Assembly (NCBI GenBank): GCA_964522745.1 | Contig: CAZFWN010000007.1 | Coordinates: 707-64,706 of the forward strand | Direction: 5' to 3' | From: an uncultured Ktedonobacterales bacterium | GTDB lineage: Bacteria > Chloroflexota > Ktedonobacteria > Ktedonobacterales > DATBGS01 | Length of the DNA: 64,000 nt | Part shown: positions 36,811-46,221 of the stretch, one piece after another | How positions within the stretch are numbered: the stretch's first letter is position 1 | Layout of the letters: every line of letters starts with the position of its first letter | Notes under the pieces: generated by a model | Database searches by the model: none | What the model saw: only the letters and a program-made list of their open reading frames with translations | Told to the model about the DNA's origin: nothing | Made by a program: the position numbers and the translations under genes

Positions 36811-38871
36811 TTATGCTCCGCTGGCTTCCTCGGCAGCCTTTTTGGCGTTAGCGATGATCTGCTGCTGCTGGAGGGCGGGCACTTCTTCATACTGGGAAAA
36901 CTCCATATGGAAGGTGCCACGCCCCTGAGTGATCGAGCGAAGATCGGTGGCGTAGTGCAGCATCTCGGCCATCGGCACAGTCGCTGTGATTTGCTGCATG
37001 CCCCCGCCGGTTGGCTCCATACCGAGAATGCGTGCCCGCTTGGTAGTGAGGTCGCTCATGACATCCCCCATGTTGCCGTCCGGCACAAAGACGGTCACGT
37101 TCATGACCGGCTCAAGCAATGTGGGATTCGCCTGTGGCACGGCGTTTTTCATGCCCAGCGAGGCCGCCACTTCAAAGGCTTGCGCAGATGAATCTACGGG
37201 ATGATAGCTGCCATCCACCAGGGCGACCTTGATGTAGATCATGGGATAGCCCGCGACAAAGCCTTGCTTTAAGGCTTCTCTCACGCCTTTTTCTGTCCCT
37301 GGCACATATTCTTTCGGGACGACGCCACCGACGATCTTGTTCTCAAACTCGAACTCTTTTTCACCGCCCTGAGGCAGCGGATCGATCTCCAGCCAGACAT
37401 CTCCGAACTGGCCGTGACCGCCGCTTTGCCGCTTGTGGCGTCCCTGCGCGCGGGCGTGCTTGCGGATGGTCTCGCGGTAGGGAACGCGCTGATCGTGCTT
37501 TTCGACATCCACGCCAAATTTGCGCTGCATGCGCTCAATGGTGATGTCGATGTGCGACTCGCCCATGCCAGAAATAAGCGTCTCGGCGGTTTCTTGATCG
37601 CGGGTGATATGGATGGTTGGGTCTTCCTCGGTGACGCGGCTGAGTGCAGTGCCCATCTTATCCAGATCGCTCTTTGTCTTGGGCGCAATGGCCGCAGTAA
37701 ATGCCGGCGGCGGGAAGGCGATGGGACGGAGGCTCACCGGCTTTTCTTTAACGCTGAGGGTATCGTTAGTATGGGTGTTCTGAAGCTTGACGACGGCTCC
37801 GATGTCACCGGCGGGAACTTCAGTCGCGGTTTCCTGCATCTTTCCCCGCATCAGCAGAATCTGACCGATACGCTCGTCCGTATTGGTGCGCCCATTCCAG
37901 GTATGAGAATCTGCTTTCAGCGTGCCGCTGTAGACCCGGAAGAACGTAATCAGGCCGCGCGTGGCATCCGCAGTGGTTTTATAGACAAAGGCCGCCAGGT
38001 TTCCATTGATTTCGCCAGCCATGCTTTTCTGTGCCTGGGCTGCACTTGGCAGAAAATCAATGATGGCATCAAAGAGGGGTTGAAGGCCAATGTTTTTGGC
38101 AACGGAGCCACACAGCACGGGAACCAATTCTCCAGAACTGGTGCCGGCTCTGATAGCGCGTTCTATCTCGGCCTGAGACAGTTCTTCGCCCTCCAGGTAC
38201 TTGCTCATCATCTCATCGTCGCTCTCCACTGCCGTTTCGATGAGTTGCTCGCGGTAGCGGGTGACCTGCGCTTCTAGATCACTGGGAAGCGATCCCTCTA
38301 GCACCTTGGTGCCATCAAAGGTGTAGGCTTTGCGTGTGACCAGATTGACCAGTCCCTTGAATCCAGCCTGTTCGCCAATAGGCACCTGGAGGGGCACGAC
38401 TTTTTTGCCGAATTGTGCCTGGAGCGATTCAAGCGCGCGCTCAAAGCTGGTGTTTTCGCGGTCAAGCTTATTCACAAAGACGATGCGTGGCAGGTTGAGT
38501 TCATCGGCATATTTCCAGACCAGTTCGGTGCCCACCTCAACGCCCTTTTCGGCAGTCACCATGACTACAGCGGCGTCTGCCACACGCAACCCGGCTTTGA
38601 CCTCACCGATAAAATCGGCATATCCCGGCGTATCGAGCAAGTTAATCTTGGTATCATGCCATTCTATGGGGACTACGGTGAGATTGATCGACATGCGGCG
38701 CTTCATCTCGTCGGGATCGTAGTCCGAAATCGAGCTTCCCTCATCGACCTTCCCTATCCTGGTTACGGCGCCCGTATCATACAGCGCAACGTCCACCAGC
38801 GATGTCTTACCGGAACCGCCGTGAGAGATGAGGGCAACGTTGCGAATCTGCTCCGCCTTGTAGACCTTCAT
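36811..38871 (-). CDS. Elongation factor G paralogue (EF-G2-like translational GTPase)
   Basis: 686 aa with G1 'ISHGGSGKTS', G3 'LLDTPGYADF', G4 'FVNKLDR' and EF-G domains II-V. G1 differs from the canonical 'AHIDAGKTT'. Confidence 0.9.
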   Translation of the reverse strand: MKVYKAEQIRNVALISHGGSGKTSLVDVALYDTGAVTRIGKVDEGSSISDYDPDEMKRRMSINLTVVPIEWHDTKINLLDTPGYADFIGEVKAGLRVADAAVVMVTAEKGVEVGTELVWKYADELNLPRIVFVNKLDRENTSFERALESLQAQFGKKVVPLQVPIGEQAGFKGLVNLVTRKAYTFDGTKVLEGSLPSDLEAQVTRYREQLIETAVESDDEMMSKYLEGEELSQAEIERAIRAGTSSGELVPVLCGSVAKNIGLQPLFDAIIDFLPSAAQAQKSMAGEINGNLAAFVYKTTADATRGLITFFRVYSGTLKADSHTWNGRTNTDERIGQILLMRGKMQETATEVPAGDIGAVVKLQNTHTNDTLSVKEKPVSLRPIAFPPPAFTAAIAPKTKSDLDKMGTALSRVTEEDPTIHITRDQETAETLISGMGESHIDITIERMQRKFGVDVEKHDQRVPYRETIRKHARAQGRHKRQSGGHGQFGDVWLEIDPLPQGGEKEFEFENKIVGGVVPKEYVPGTEKGVREALKQGFVAGYPMIYIKVALVDGSYHPVDSSAQAFEVAASLGMKNAVPQANPTLLEPVMNVTVFVPDGNMGDVMSDLTTKRARILGMEPTGGGMQQITATVPMAEMLHYATDLRSITQGRGTFHMEFSQYEEVPALQQQQIIANAKKAAEEASGA

Positions 38872-39067
38872 GTCTGATCTGCTCCTTGTCTAATTCCGGG
38901 GGTGGGGCGCTCGTTGACGCCCTTGATGGTAAAAGGGTTCCCTTGATGTCATGCGGCATGCGTGAATAACAGTATTATAACCAGACTTTTGAGAGAGCGG
39001 CAAGTGTCTGAAAGCGACTGCATCCCCCTTGAATTTCTGCCATGTTGCTGCTACACTTTCGTGCATG

Positions 39068-39768
39068 AAGTTGACCCGTGCTGTGCATCACATTCGCCTC
39101 TCGGCAGCCAATCGTGAAAAACTGATGGGAAACAGTACGGCAGCTTTCATGGGAAACTGGCGGCGCGGCACAAACGGGACCGCGAGAAACGCCGGCGCAA
39201 GGCGAAGCTCCGGGCGTGTCTGAAAAAGAAGGGTGTGAAAAAGCTGCCCTCGACGGCCAATCAGAAGCTCGCCCGCACCGTGCGCCAGGAGATCAATCGT
39301 GCCGTTAATCAGGTGGTCAGGGAACATCCTGGCTGCCAATTTGCCTATGAACAGTTGAATGTGGCGGGGATGAAGTTCAAGGCCCGCCGGATGAATGCCT
39401 ATCTCTATGCCTCCAACTTGGGCCATCTCCCAAGGCAGTTCGCCTGGGCCGTGACTCGCAGTGGGGGCCGTGCCAGACGGGTGAAAAGCGCGTATTCCTC
39501 GCAGGAATGCTCACGCTGTCACTATACAACCCGCCAGAACCGGCCAACACAGCAGACGTTCTGTTGTGGGGTCTGCGGGTGGACCTGCCATGCCGATGTC
39601 AACGCGGCGCTTAATCTGGCGTCTCGCTTGGGGGATACAGCCCTCCAGGCGTGCCAGAGCCGCAAGGACATCAAGGCGCTTTTGGAGCAGCGTCACCAGG
39701 TATGGCAGGCGCTCCAAGGGATGGCCGTAGTCCATCCCCCCGCCGAGTTGCCCTGTCAACCGGCGTAG
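39068..39768 (+). pseudogene. Decayed IS200/IS605-family tnpB-like gene (internally deleted and frameshifted)
   Basis: The N-terminal-like 'MKLTRAVHHIRLSAANREKL' (frame of 39068) jumps frame to '...KLAARHKRDREKRRRKAKL...EQLNVAGM...CSRCHYTTRQNRPTQQTFCCGVCGWTCHADVNAALN' (frame of 39235). That second stretch is the RuvC-II/III plus zinc-ribbon end of TnpB. The middle part, including the first RuvC Asp, is missing. Confidence 0.6.
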
Positions 39769-39903
39769 GTCAAGCGCTGCAACATCTGCGGATGTTGCGG
39801 CGAACTATAACAACATCGGCGTTGATCTTCAAACGTCTCGAAACTGCCGGGCGATTGTATTTGTTGCGGCTCGCGTGCGGGGTCTGAAGCAAGCTCTGTA
39901 CCA

Positions 39904-41364
39904 TCATCCCTCAGAAACTGGACGCGGCTGATAAAATTGCGCCAGGAATTTTCCGCCGGGCTTGGCATCATGCGGCCCGTTGCCGTTTATGGTATCGCCG
40001 GCCCATTCCATCGAAGTGGCCCAGCCCTGCACAGAAGAGCGCGGCCATTTCGGCTCATCATAGGACCAGAGGACGCCAACAAACCAGGGAGCAGCCTGAG
40101 GCGTAAACGCCTGGAGCAATGCTTTCATATCATTGCCCTGCTCTAGAATGTCTGGTGCGGTTTGATCGGTTGTGCTGGGAGCGTTATTGGAACCGGGTGC
40201 GCTCTCATAGCCGGCCTCAGTGAAGAGCAAGGGGTGCTTGTATTTCTGCACGACGGCATTCAGCCGCCCGATGATGTCACCCTGACCGGCCAGGTCGAGG
40301 TCATCTTGCTTGCCGTGCCAGGCGTCAATCAGAGTCTTGACCGGCGGGTCCGCCGCAGCTTTGGTGAGCGGGAAATAGCCGCTGACTCCGATGAAATCAA
40401 CGGCGTCCCACCAGGTAATATGCTCAAACTCAACGGGAGCGGCATCCACACTCCCCCAGGAGGCGCCATAGATCAGTTTTCCCTGATAGCCCCCTCCAGT
40501 CTGTTTCTGGCCCTGGTAGTCAGTATACGACTGGCTCTTGATGGCGTTGACCATATGCCGCCACTGACAATCCCGGCGGCCTTGACATTGGAGTTGCTCA
40601 CCTGGAGCGCCAGAGGCTCCATAGCTCCCCTTGCCAGTTGTATCAGTATCGGTAGTGATATTGACCAGATCATTGCCAAAAATGAAGTAAGGCAGATGAT
40701 GTTTTTGGGAGATTTGCGCGTAATGGACGGCAAACGCGGTATAACTATCGAACCATTGATGTTCTGTCTGACCAACCGAATTTCCCTGGATGGGTTTCTC
40801 GCCTGGAACCCCATACCAAAGGTTGCCAATAAAGCTTGAGGATGTGTAGATCGGATCGTTCGTAAGCTGGATTTTAAGCGCCAAGATGGGCGTTAGCCCG
40901 GCAGCCTGGGCGTCAGTAATCGCTTGCTCAATATCCTGATCTGGCAGCGAATTGCTATTTCCTGCATCGCTGGGATTATAGGAGACGGTGGTGCTGGTGG
41001 TGTTATTCTGGTCTGCGGTCACATCGATAGCGACCGCGTTCATGTGATAATCGGTGGCCTCAGAGTTCATGATATGCGCTGAATCTGGCTGGAGAAACTG
41101 GTGGTCGCCCCATTTGCGCAGCCAGAGGTCGTGAAAGCCCTGGAAGGCCAAAGGCGTGCCCGGCGAACCGACCTGCGCCTGAGCGCTGTGTGCCGGCAAA
41201 AAGAAGGTAGCGCCGGTGAGCCAGCCGGTTCCGAACACCAAGATGACCGCGAGCGAGATGAGGGCAATGGCGGCATTGACAAACCCGCTCAGCCGGCCAT
41301 GTGGCCGACTTGGGGGGGGTACTAAGTGTTGCGCTGTGGGAGAGGCGTTGGGCAGAATAGGCAT
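39904..41364 (-). CDS. Membrane-anchored clan GH-A-like TIM-barrel glycoside hydrolase, putative
   Basis: 486 aa with one N-terminal TM helix. 'YFIFGNDL' sits at the usual NE acid/base position but reads ND. 'PLLFTEAGYES' is nucleophile-like TExG. Confidence 0.45.
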   Translation of the reverse strand: MPILPNASPTAQHLVPPPSRPHGRLSGFVNAAIALISLAVILVFGTGWLTGATFFLPAHSAQAQVGSPGTPLAFQGFHDLWLRKWGDHQFLQPDSAHIMNSEATDYHMNAVAIDVTADQNNTTSTTVSYNPSDAGNSNSLPDQDIEQAITDAQAAGLTPILALKIQLTNDPIYTSSSFIGNLWYGVPGEKPIQGNSVGQTEHQWFDSYTAFAVHYAQISQKHHLPYFIFGNDLVNITTDTDTTGKGSYGASGAPGEQLQCQGRRDCQWRHMVNAIKSQSYTDYQGQKQTGGGYQGKLIYGASWGSVDAAPVEFEHITWWDAVDFIGVSGYFPLTKAAADPPVKTLIDAWHGKQDDLDLAGQGDIIGRLNAVVQKYKHPLLFTEAGYESAPGSNNAPSTTDQTAPDILEQGNDMKALLQAFTPQAAPWFVGVLWSYDEPKWPRSSVQGWATSMEWAGDTINGNGPHDAKPGGKFLAQFYQPRPVSEG

Positions 41365-41401
41365 CCAGTATAGTCCTCCACTCCTGGCTGATTACGGGAA
41401 C

Positions 41402-42433
41402 TCAGGCGCTGGCAATAAGCTTGCGATATTTTTCGGCTGACTCTTTCCAGGCTTCTTCGGAAAGGCCCAGATGTTCGCGCAGCGTATCCAGCGTGATCCC
41501 TTCCTGAAGCTGGCGCACAGCATAGGTGTCGCGGAGCAGTTGAAGCGTGACCCGCTTTTGGATGCGCGTTTTGCGCACCGCTCGCGCCAGAATATAGTTG
41601 AGATTGCGGTCAGTACAATCAAACACCCGCACCTGAGGTCGGTATTTATTGAGATAGCGTTGAAATGCCTCGGTAAAAGCAACTGGCAATACGAGCTGGC
41701 GGTGTTTGCGTTGTTTGATTTGATCGTTGAATTGAATGGTGACAGCCGGATGGGCCGGGTTGCTCAGGTCAAGATGGCTGAGCTGTAATGCCATGAGTTC
41801 TTCTTTTTTCAGACCAGCATACAGAACCAGCATGACCAAACACTGGCTCCGGCTATCGTCGGCAGCAGCCGCTTCCAGTTGAGCGATCTCTTCTTCATCT
41901 AACATCTCTGGCAGCGGAGGGAGCGGACGTGTCAGCATGATGCCGGCAGCCGGATTTTCAGCGATGATGCCTTCGCCTGCTAGCCAGCCAAAAAAGTTCT
42001 TCAGGAACGTTGCCCGGCGCGCCATCGTTTTAGGTGCCGGTTGATGCCCACGCTCCCAGCGCAAGTGCATCAGCCAGCGGGTGAGGTCGCCAGTAGCAAT
42101 GCGCCCGACAGGAGTGTTCCTTCCCAAATAGTCACTTAATAACCGCAGATCGGAGAGAAAGCAGGTCACAGTGTAGCGTGAGTGATTAGTGAGGCGCAAA
42201 TAATCTTGATAGGCTGGGGCGCATTCGACCAGACTGCTTTCGGCGGTTGGCGGTATGATCTCAACAGGCGGAGCCTGGACAATCTTTACCTCTGTCGAAA
42301 ACAGGCTTTGTTGTCCAATGATGGCACTGGCCTCGGCATGGTCTGTTGGCCGATGGTCTGTATCAGGAGAAGCGGCTGCTTTGTTTGTTTCATTCTCATC
42401 GGGTTGAGGGTTGGGGTAATCGCTGTTGGACAT
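41402..42433 (-). CDS. Tyrosine-recombinase (XerC/D, phage-integrase)-like protein with non-canonical catalytic motifs
   Basis: 343 aa. The N-terminal SAM-like domain shows in 'YQDYLRLTNHSRYTVTCFLSDLRLLSDYL'. The C-terminal domain has 'YAGLKKEEL', 'LQLLRDTYAV' and 'HLGLSEEAWKESAEKY'. Confidence 0.65.
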   Translation of the reverse strand: MSNSDYPNPQPDENETNKAAASPDTDHRPTDHAEASAIIGQQSLFSTEVKIVQAPPVEIIPPTAESSLVECAPAYQDYLRLTNHSRYTVTCFLSDLRLLSDYLGRNTPVGRIATGDLTRWLMHLRWERGHQPAPKTMARRATFLKNFFGWLAGEGIIAENPAAGIMLTRPLPPLPEMLDEEEIAQLEAAAADDSRSQCLVMLVLYAGLKKEELMALQLSHLDLSNPAHPAVTIQFNDQIKQRKHRQLVLPVAFTEAFQRYLNKYRPQVRVFDCTDRNLNYILARAVRKTRIQKRVTLQLLRDTYAVRQLQEGITLDTLREHLGLSEEAWKESAEKYRKLIASA

Positions 42434-42590
42434 GATGCTTTGTCTCCATCAATCCCTGGGCACCACACGAATCGGCGCGGTAATTTTTACCACGCCGATG
42501 TTCATTATAGCAGACTGCGCAATCAATCACGCGCTTTTGCAGGCAATGATAGGACCAGAAGGCTACTGGGAAGAACTGGTAATCCGGTTC

Positions 42591-43538
42591 TTAGGCGGCA
42601 GGCTGAAATCCATAGTAGCGCCAAATGAGGCTGGCCGCAGAGGAGTGCATGAAATCGAGGAGTTGCTGTGCCAGGGCTGGGTTGGGAGCATGGCTGACGA
42701 TGGCGCCAATCATCTGGATGGGAGGGTTAAATTTGGTAGGGATGGAAAGCACTGGTAACGCCTGGTTTCCGCGCTGCTTTTGCACTGCCAGGTAATTGGT
42801 GTGATAGGCAATGGTAAAGTCCCCCGCCGGGTTCGGCTGAGCAATGGCCTGAGTGGCAGCTACTCCATCGGAGTAATTGACAGTGAGATTGCCGTAGACA
42901 CGGGCTGAGTAGTGAACTCCAAAAGCCGGATCAAGGTTCATGCTTTCGAGTGTCCGCAGGATATGCAGGTTGAGGCCATCGGAAGCGGAGATACCGATAT
43001 AGCGATGGCCTGGCACAGCCAGGTCTTGCAATCTGGTGATCTTCCCTGGATTGGTTGCCGGCAAGATGACGCTCAGGTAATCGGTCGCCAGCACGGTGCC
43101 TACGCTGCGTGTGAAACCAAGGAATCGGGCATTCACCATCGTATCTCGATCATCGGTGATGAGTAGATCGGCATCGGTTGCCGTATTGGCTATATTTGCA
43201 GCTTGCTTAGCGTTGGAAAAATCAAAAACGTAAGGCACGTGAAGGTGGTGCGCTTTCATAAAAGCATTAACCAGAGGTGGCATGACAAACTGAAGGGTCG
43301 GAACGGAGAGGATAATCAGCCCTCCCTGGTTCGTAATTGATAGGGTGCTAGCGTTTCCCTGAGTACCTCCTGGCCCCCAAAGTGCCAGGCTGTTGCCCCC
43401 ACAGGCCGCGAAGATGAGCAGTGGCCCTAGTAAAATGGCGAGCTGCGTATATCTCCTTGTTTTGCCTCTAAGATGTCGCACCCAGCTCATATATGTGAGA
43501 GACTTTTCAGAGCCGAGGCTCGTATATTGTCTGTTCAT
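42591..43538 (-). CDS. Periplasmic-binding-protein type 2 (ModA-like fold) lipoprotein
   Basis: Lipobox 'LIFAAC'. The pattern 'LVNAFMKAH...VFDFSNAKQAANIANTATDADLLITDD' parallels ModA-type binders. No cognate ABC permease or ATPase is adjacent. Confidence 0.5.
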   Translation of the reverse strand: MNRQYTSLGSEKSLTYMSWVRHLRGKTRRYTQLAILLGPLLIFAACGGNSLALWGPGGTQGNASTLSITNQGGLIILSVPTLQFVMPPLVNAFMKAHHLHVPYVFDFSNAKQAANIANTATDADLLITDDRDTMVNARFLGFTRSVGTVLATDYLSVILPATNPGKITRLQDLAVPGHRYIGISASDGLNLHILRTLESMNLDPAFGVHYSARVYGNLTVNYSDGVAATQAIAQPNPAGDFTIAYHTNYLAVQKQRGNQALPVLSIPTKFNPPIQMIGAIVSHAPNPALAQQLLDFMHSSAASLIWRYYGFQPAA

Positions 43539-43609
43539 CAGTGTGACCTCCTACCCACCAGCGAGGCAGTTCAAGGAGAGAAAGGAGCGATGGTCCTCTG
43601 CTCAGCTTC

Positions 43610-44917
43610 CTATGGCTTACGCGGAATATCGCGCGATGGTGGTGCGTATTCATTGGTGGGCACCATATTAGGACTCTGCGGTGCGATATACATGTTCCCA
43701 TAGATTAAGAAGGGTCGGCGAGACTCTTCACGGATTAACCCCATATCAAACATCATGCCTACGACCAGCAGTCCGAGAATGAGCAAGACCGTGTGTGGCA
43801 AGATGCCGCGCGCGCCCCATTTCAGACCTGATTGAATAGAACCCAGGTAGGTGCCAAACATCAAGAAACCGCTTAGTGTCAGTCCGGCCAGCGAGAGGTA
43901 TTTCCAGGGGTTCATCAAGCCGAGCTGCCCTAAGAAACCTAAATTTAGCCCTAGTAGATTTGGACTCCAGTGTGGGGGCAGGCAGAGCCAGCCGCCAAAA
44001 AAGAGCAGCAGAAGCATGAGAACAAAGGCTGCGCGAGCATTGCGTGCCCCGGCCTTTCTCATCTGCGCGGTGATATACACTGCGCTGAAGAAAAAGAGGG
44101 CGGTCAGCAGAAAGACCTGAATCAAAAAGAGCCAGGAGCGGTCACCGCCGCCCATAATGCGGAAGAAAGCGCTGTAAGAATGATCGCGGATCAGCGCGGC
44201 ATATTGCCAGCCAATAAAGGGTTGCAAGATCATCAGGCCAATGCCAAAGAGCAACCCCAGCGCGCCGACGAAATCCCAGAAAGCTTTATTCTCTAACGAG
44301 CGGGCGCGTAGAAACTTCCAGGCGCCAAAACCACCCATTGCGAACCCGGCGTAGGAGATATTCCCGACGGTGCGATGCAGATCAAGCACGATGTCAGTTG
44401 GATTGAACATAATCGATTGGAGACTATCTGGCGTCGTGGGAGTGAGCATATAGGAGGCCATAACATCAACCATAAATTGCTGCGACCAGCTCACGAACAT
44501 CAGCAAAAAACCAATCGAGATATGCAGGGCGCGGAAATCTTTCAAGGCGTCCCAGGTGTAATACCAGGTGTAGAGGTAAAGAACCCAGAGAACAAACGAT
44601 GCTGCCTCCATGACCATCGGCCAGAAGGCGATGCGCATAATGGTTCCCCAGAAGAGCGGCCAGAGCATCATCAACGCCAGGATGGACATGATGGCGATAA
44701 AGCTGCCTGGCGCAAAGAAGATTACCTGCGTTTTGGCGATGCCATGCGCGATCTTGTCCCAACGCTTATCGCCGGTAAAATAATAGACGCTCTCAGTGGC
44801 GACCGCGATAAAGTTGAGTCCCGTCAGTCCGGCAGCGATCAAGATATGCGAGATAAATATCATGGCGATCACCAACTGGCTGCCCCAGAAGGAGAAGATG
44901 CTATCTGCGAGAACCAT
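43610..44917 (-). CDS. Cytochrome bd subunit-I (CydA)-like membrane protein, paralogue B, no Q-loop
   Basis: 435 aa with about 9-10 TM helices. 'ISHILIAAG', 'VMEAASF', 'LHRTVGNISYAGF' and 'FFRIMGGG' align by eye with CydA ligand regions. GGAGG lies 6 nt before the ATG. Confidence 0.65.
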   Translation of the reverse strand: MVLADSIFSFWGSQLVIAMIFISHILIAAGLTGLNFIAVATESVYYFTGDKRWDKIAHGIAKTQVIFFAPGSFIAIMSILALMMLWPLFWGTIMRIAFWPMVMEAASFVLWVLYLYTWYYTWDALKDFRALHISIGFLLMFVSWSQQFMVDVMASYMLTPTTPDSLQSIMFNPTDIVLDLHRTVGNISYAGFAMGGFGAWKFLRARSLENKAFWDFVGALGLLFGIGLMILQPFIGWQYAALIRDHSYSAFFRIMGGGDRSWLFLIQVFLLTALFFFSAVYITAQMRKAGARNARAAFVLMLLLLFFGGWLCLPPHWSPNLLGLNLGFLGQLGLMNPWKYLSLAGLTLSGFLMFGTYLGSIQSGLKWGARGILPHTVLLILGLLVVGMMFDMGLIREESRRPFLIYGNMYIAPQSPNMVPTNEYAPPSRDIPRKP

Positions 44918-44937
44918 AGCTCACCTCCGTGATGTCT

Positions 44938-46158
44938 TTACTGGGTCGGAACGTTTTCGATGCGATAGATTGCCAGCAGCAGCAAAATAAAGATGCTGAA
45001 GGCAACGATGACGCCGGTTGCTAGGGCAACTGGGCGCCTGAAGATGTTCATCGATTTATGGCGGTCTACAAAGGGGAGCAGGATCAGGTAGGTGATAAAT
45101 ACACCAAAGATCACCGGCAAGAAGGGAATCATCCAGCCTGGCAGATATGGAAGCATCTGGTCTGCCGGCAACATGAACCATTCTGGCAGCGGTACAAAGG
45201 TCTGGGTAGCGGCGTTGGCCGGCGGGTCGAGCGTTGGATAGGCCGTGAATGTGAGTAACACCACGACCAGGAAACAAATAAAGGCGACCGTACCTTCACG
45301 GAAGGAATGTTGTGGGAAGAAATAGTCGGTGTCGTCAGGGAGTTCGCGCTTGTGCGTTTCGGGGCTGTTCACTTCCTCCTGGGCCTTGACATAGGAGGTA
45401 AATTCGTCACCCTCCATGGTGAGGGTATCAGCCATCTTCTCGCCCCGACGTTTGCGGTAATTCAGCCAGGAGCCATATTGGCCCTGCAAAACAACAAACA
45501 AAACATGGATAAAGATAAAGAGGAGCAGCAGCGCTGGCAATGCCCAGACGTGCAGTGCAAAAGTGTTCGTAAGTGAAGCTGGATTAATCCGGTCGCCACC
45601 CAGCCAGATTTCCTTAAACCAGAGACCGACGATGGGGGTCCAGCCCATGATATGCTCACCAACCATGAAGGTATAGAATCCCGTCTGGTCCATGCGCAAG
45701 CAGGCCCCGGTATAGGCAACGGCGGTCATCAGAATAAAGAGAAAGACGCCGAAAACCCAGGTTAATTCACGTGGCCGCTTGTAGGCGCTGGAAAAATAGG
45801 TGCGCGCCATATGGATGCCGACCAGGAAGACCAGCATATAAGCGGTCCAGAAATGGAAGCCGCGTATCCAGTTGCCAAAGAGGATCGTATAGTTGATAGC
45901 CTGGATACTATTGTAGGCATGCTCCCAATCGGGGATGTAGTGAAATAGCAGCATGATGCCGGTGACGATCTGGAGCACAGTCAGCAGTACAATCGCGCCG
46001 CCAAAGGTATAGAGCCAGCCAAAGCGCTTGGGCACCGGGTCAGAGAGCAGCCGGTTGAGAAACCAGCTCAGCGGATAGCGCTCATCAAGCCAGTCGTAGA
46101 TGAACCGGCCTGTCCGGCTAATGATATTTGGCCCCTCAGGGCGAAGCGTGGCGTGCAT
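44938..46158 (-). CDS. Cytochrome b (b6-type N-domain fused to a subunit-IV-like C-domain)
   Basis: 406 aa. 'GFHFWTAYMLVFLVGIHMAR' gives H-x13-H and 'LHVWALPALLLLFIFIHV' gives H-x14-H. The Qo motif is 'LPEWF'. GGAGGAG precedes the ATG. Confidence 0.9.
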   Translation of the reverse strand: MHATLRPEGPNIISRTGRFIYDWLDERYPLSWFLNRLLSDPVPKRFGWLYTFGGAIVLLTVLQIVTGIMLLFHYIPDWEHAYNSIQAINYTILFGNWIRGFHFWTAYMLVFLVGIHMARTYFSSAYKRPRELTWVFGVFLFILMTAVAYTGACLRMDQTGFYTFMVGEHIMGWTPIVGLWFKEIWLGGDRINPASLTNTFALHVWALPALLLLFIFIHVLFVVLQGQYGSWLNYRKRRGEKMADTLTMEGDEFTSYVKAQEEVNSPETHKRELPDDTDYFFPQHSFREGTVAFICFLVVVLLTFTAYPTLDPPANAATQTFVPLPEWFMLPADQMLPYLPGWMIPFLPVIFGVFITYLILLPFVDRHKSMNIFRRPVALATGVIVAFSIFILLLLAIYRIENVPTQ

Positions 46159-46221
46159 CAGTCTTCTCCTCCAGCATGGATGCGATACTCTGCTGCCTTC
46201 AGCGGGCGATGCTTAAGCGGC

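Noticed and set aside
35236-42433. Possible genomic island integrated at the tRNA-Ser pair (tRNA, then GT2, hotdog, EF-G2, tnpB relic, GH-like gene, recombinase-like gene)
   Set aside because: The content is mostly housekeeping-like. I found no direct repeat of the tRNA 3' end by eye, and the recombinase-like protein looks catalytically atypical. There is insufficient evidence for an island.
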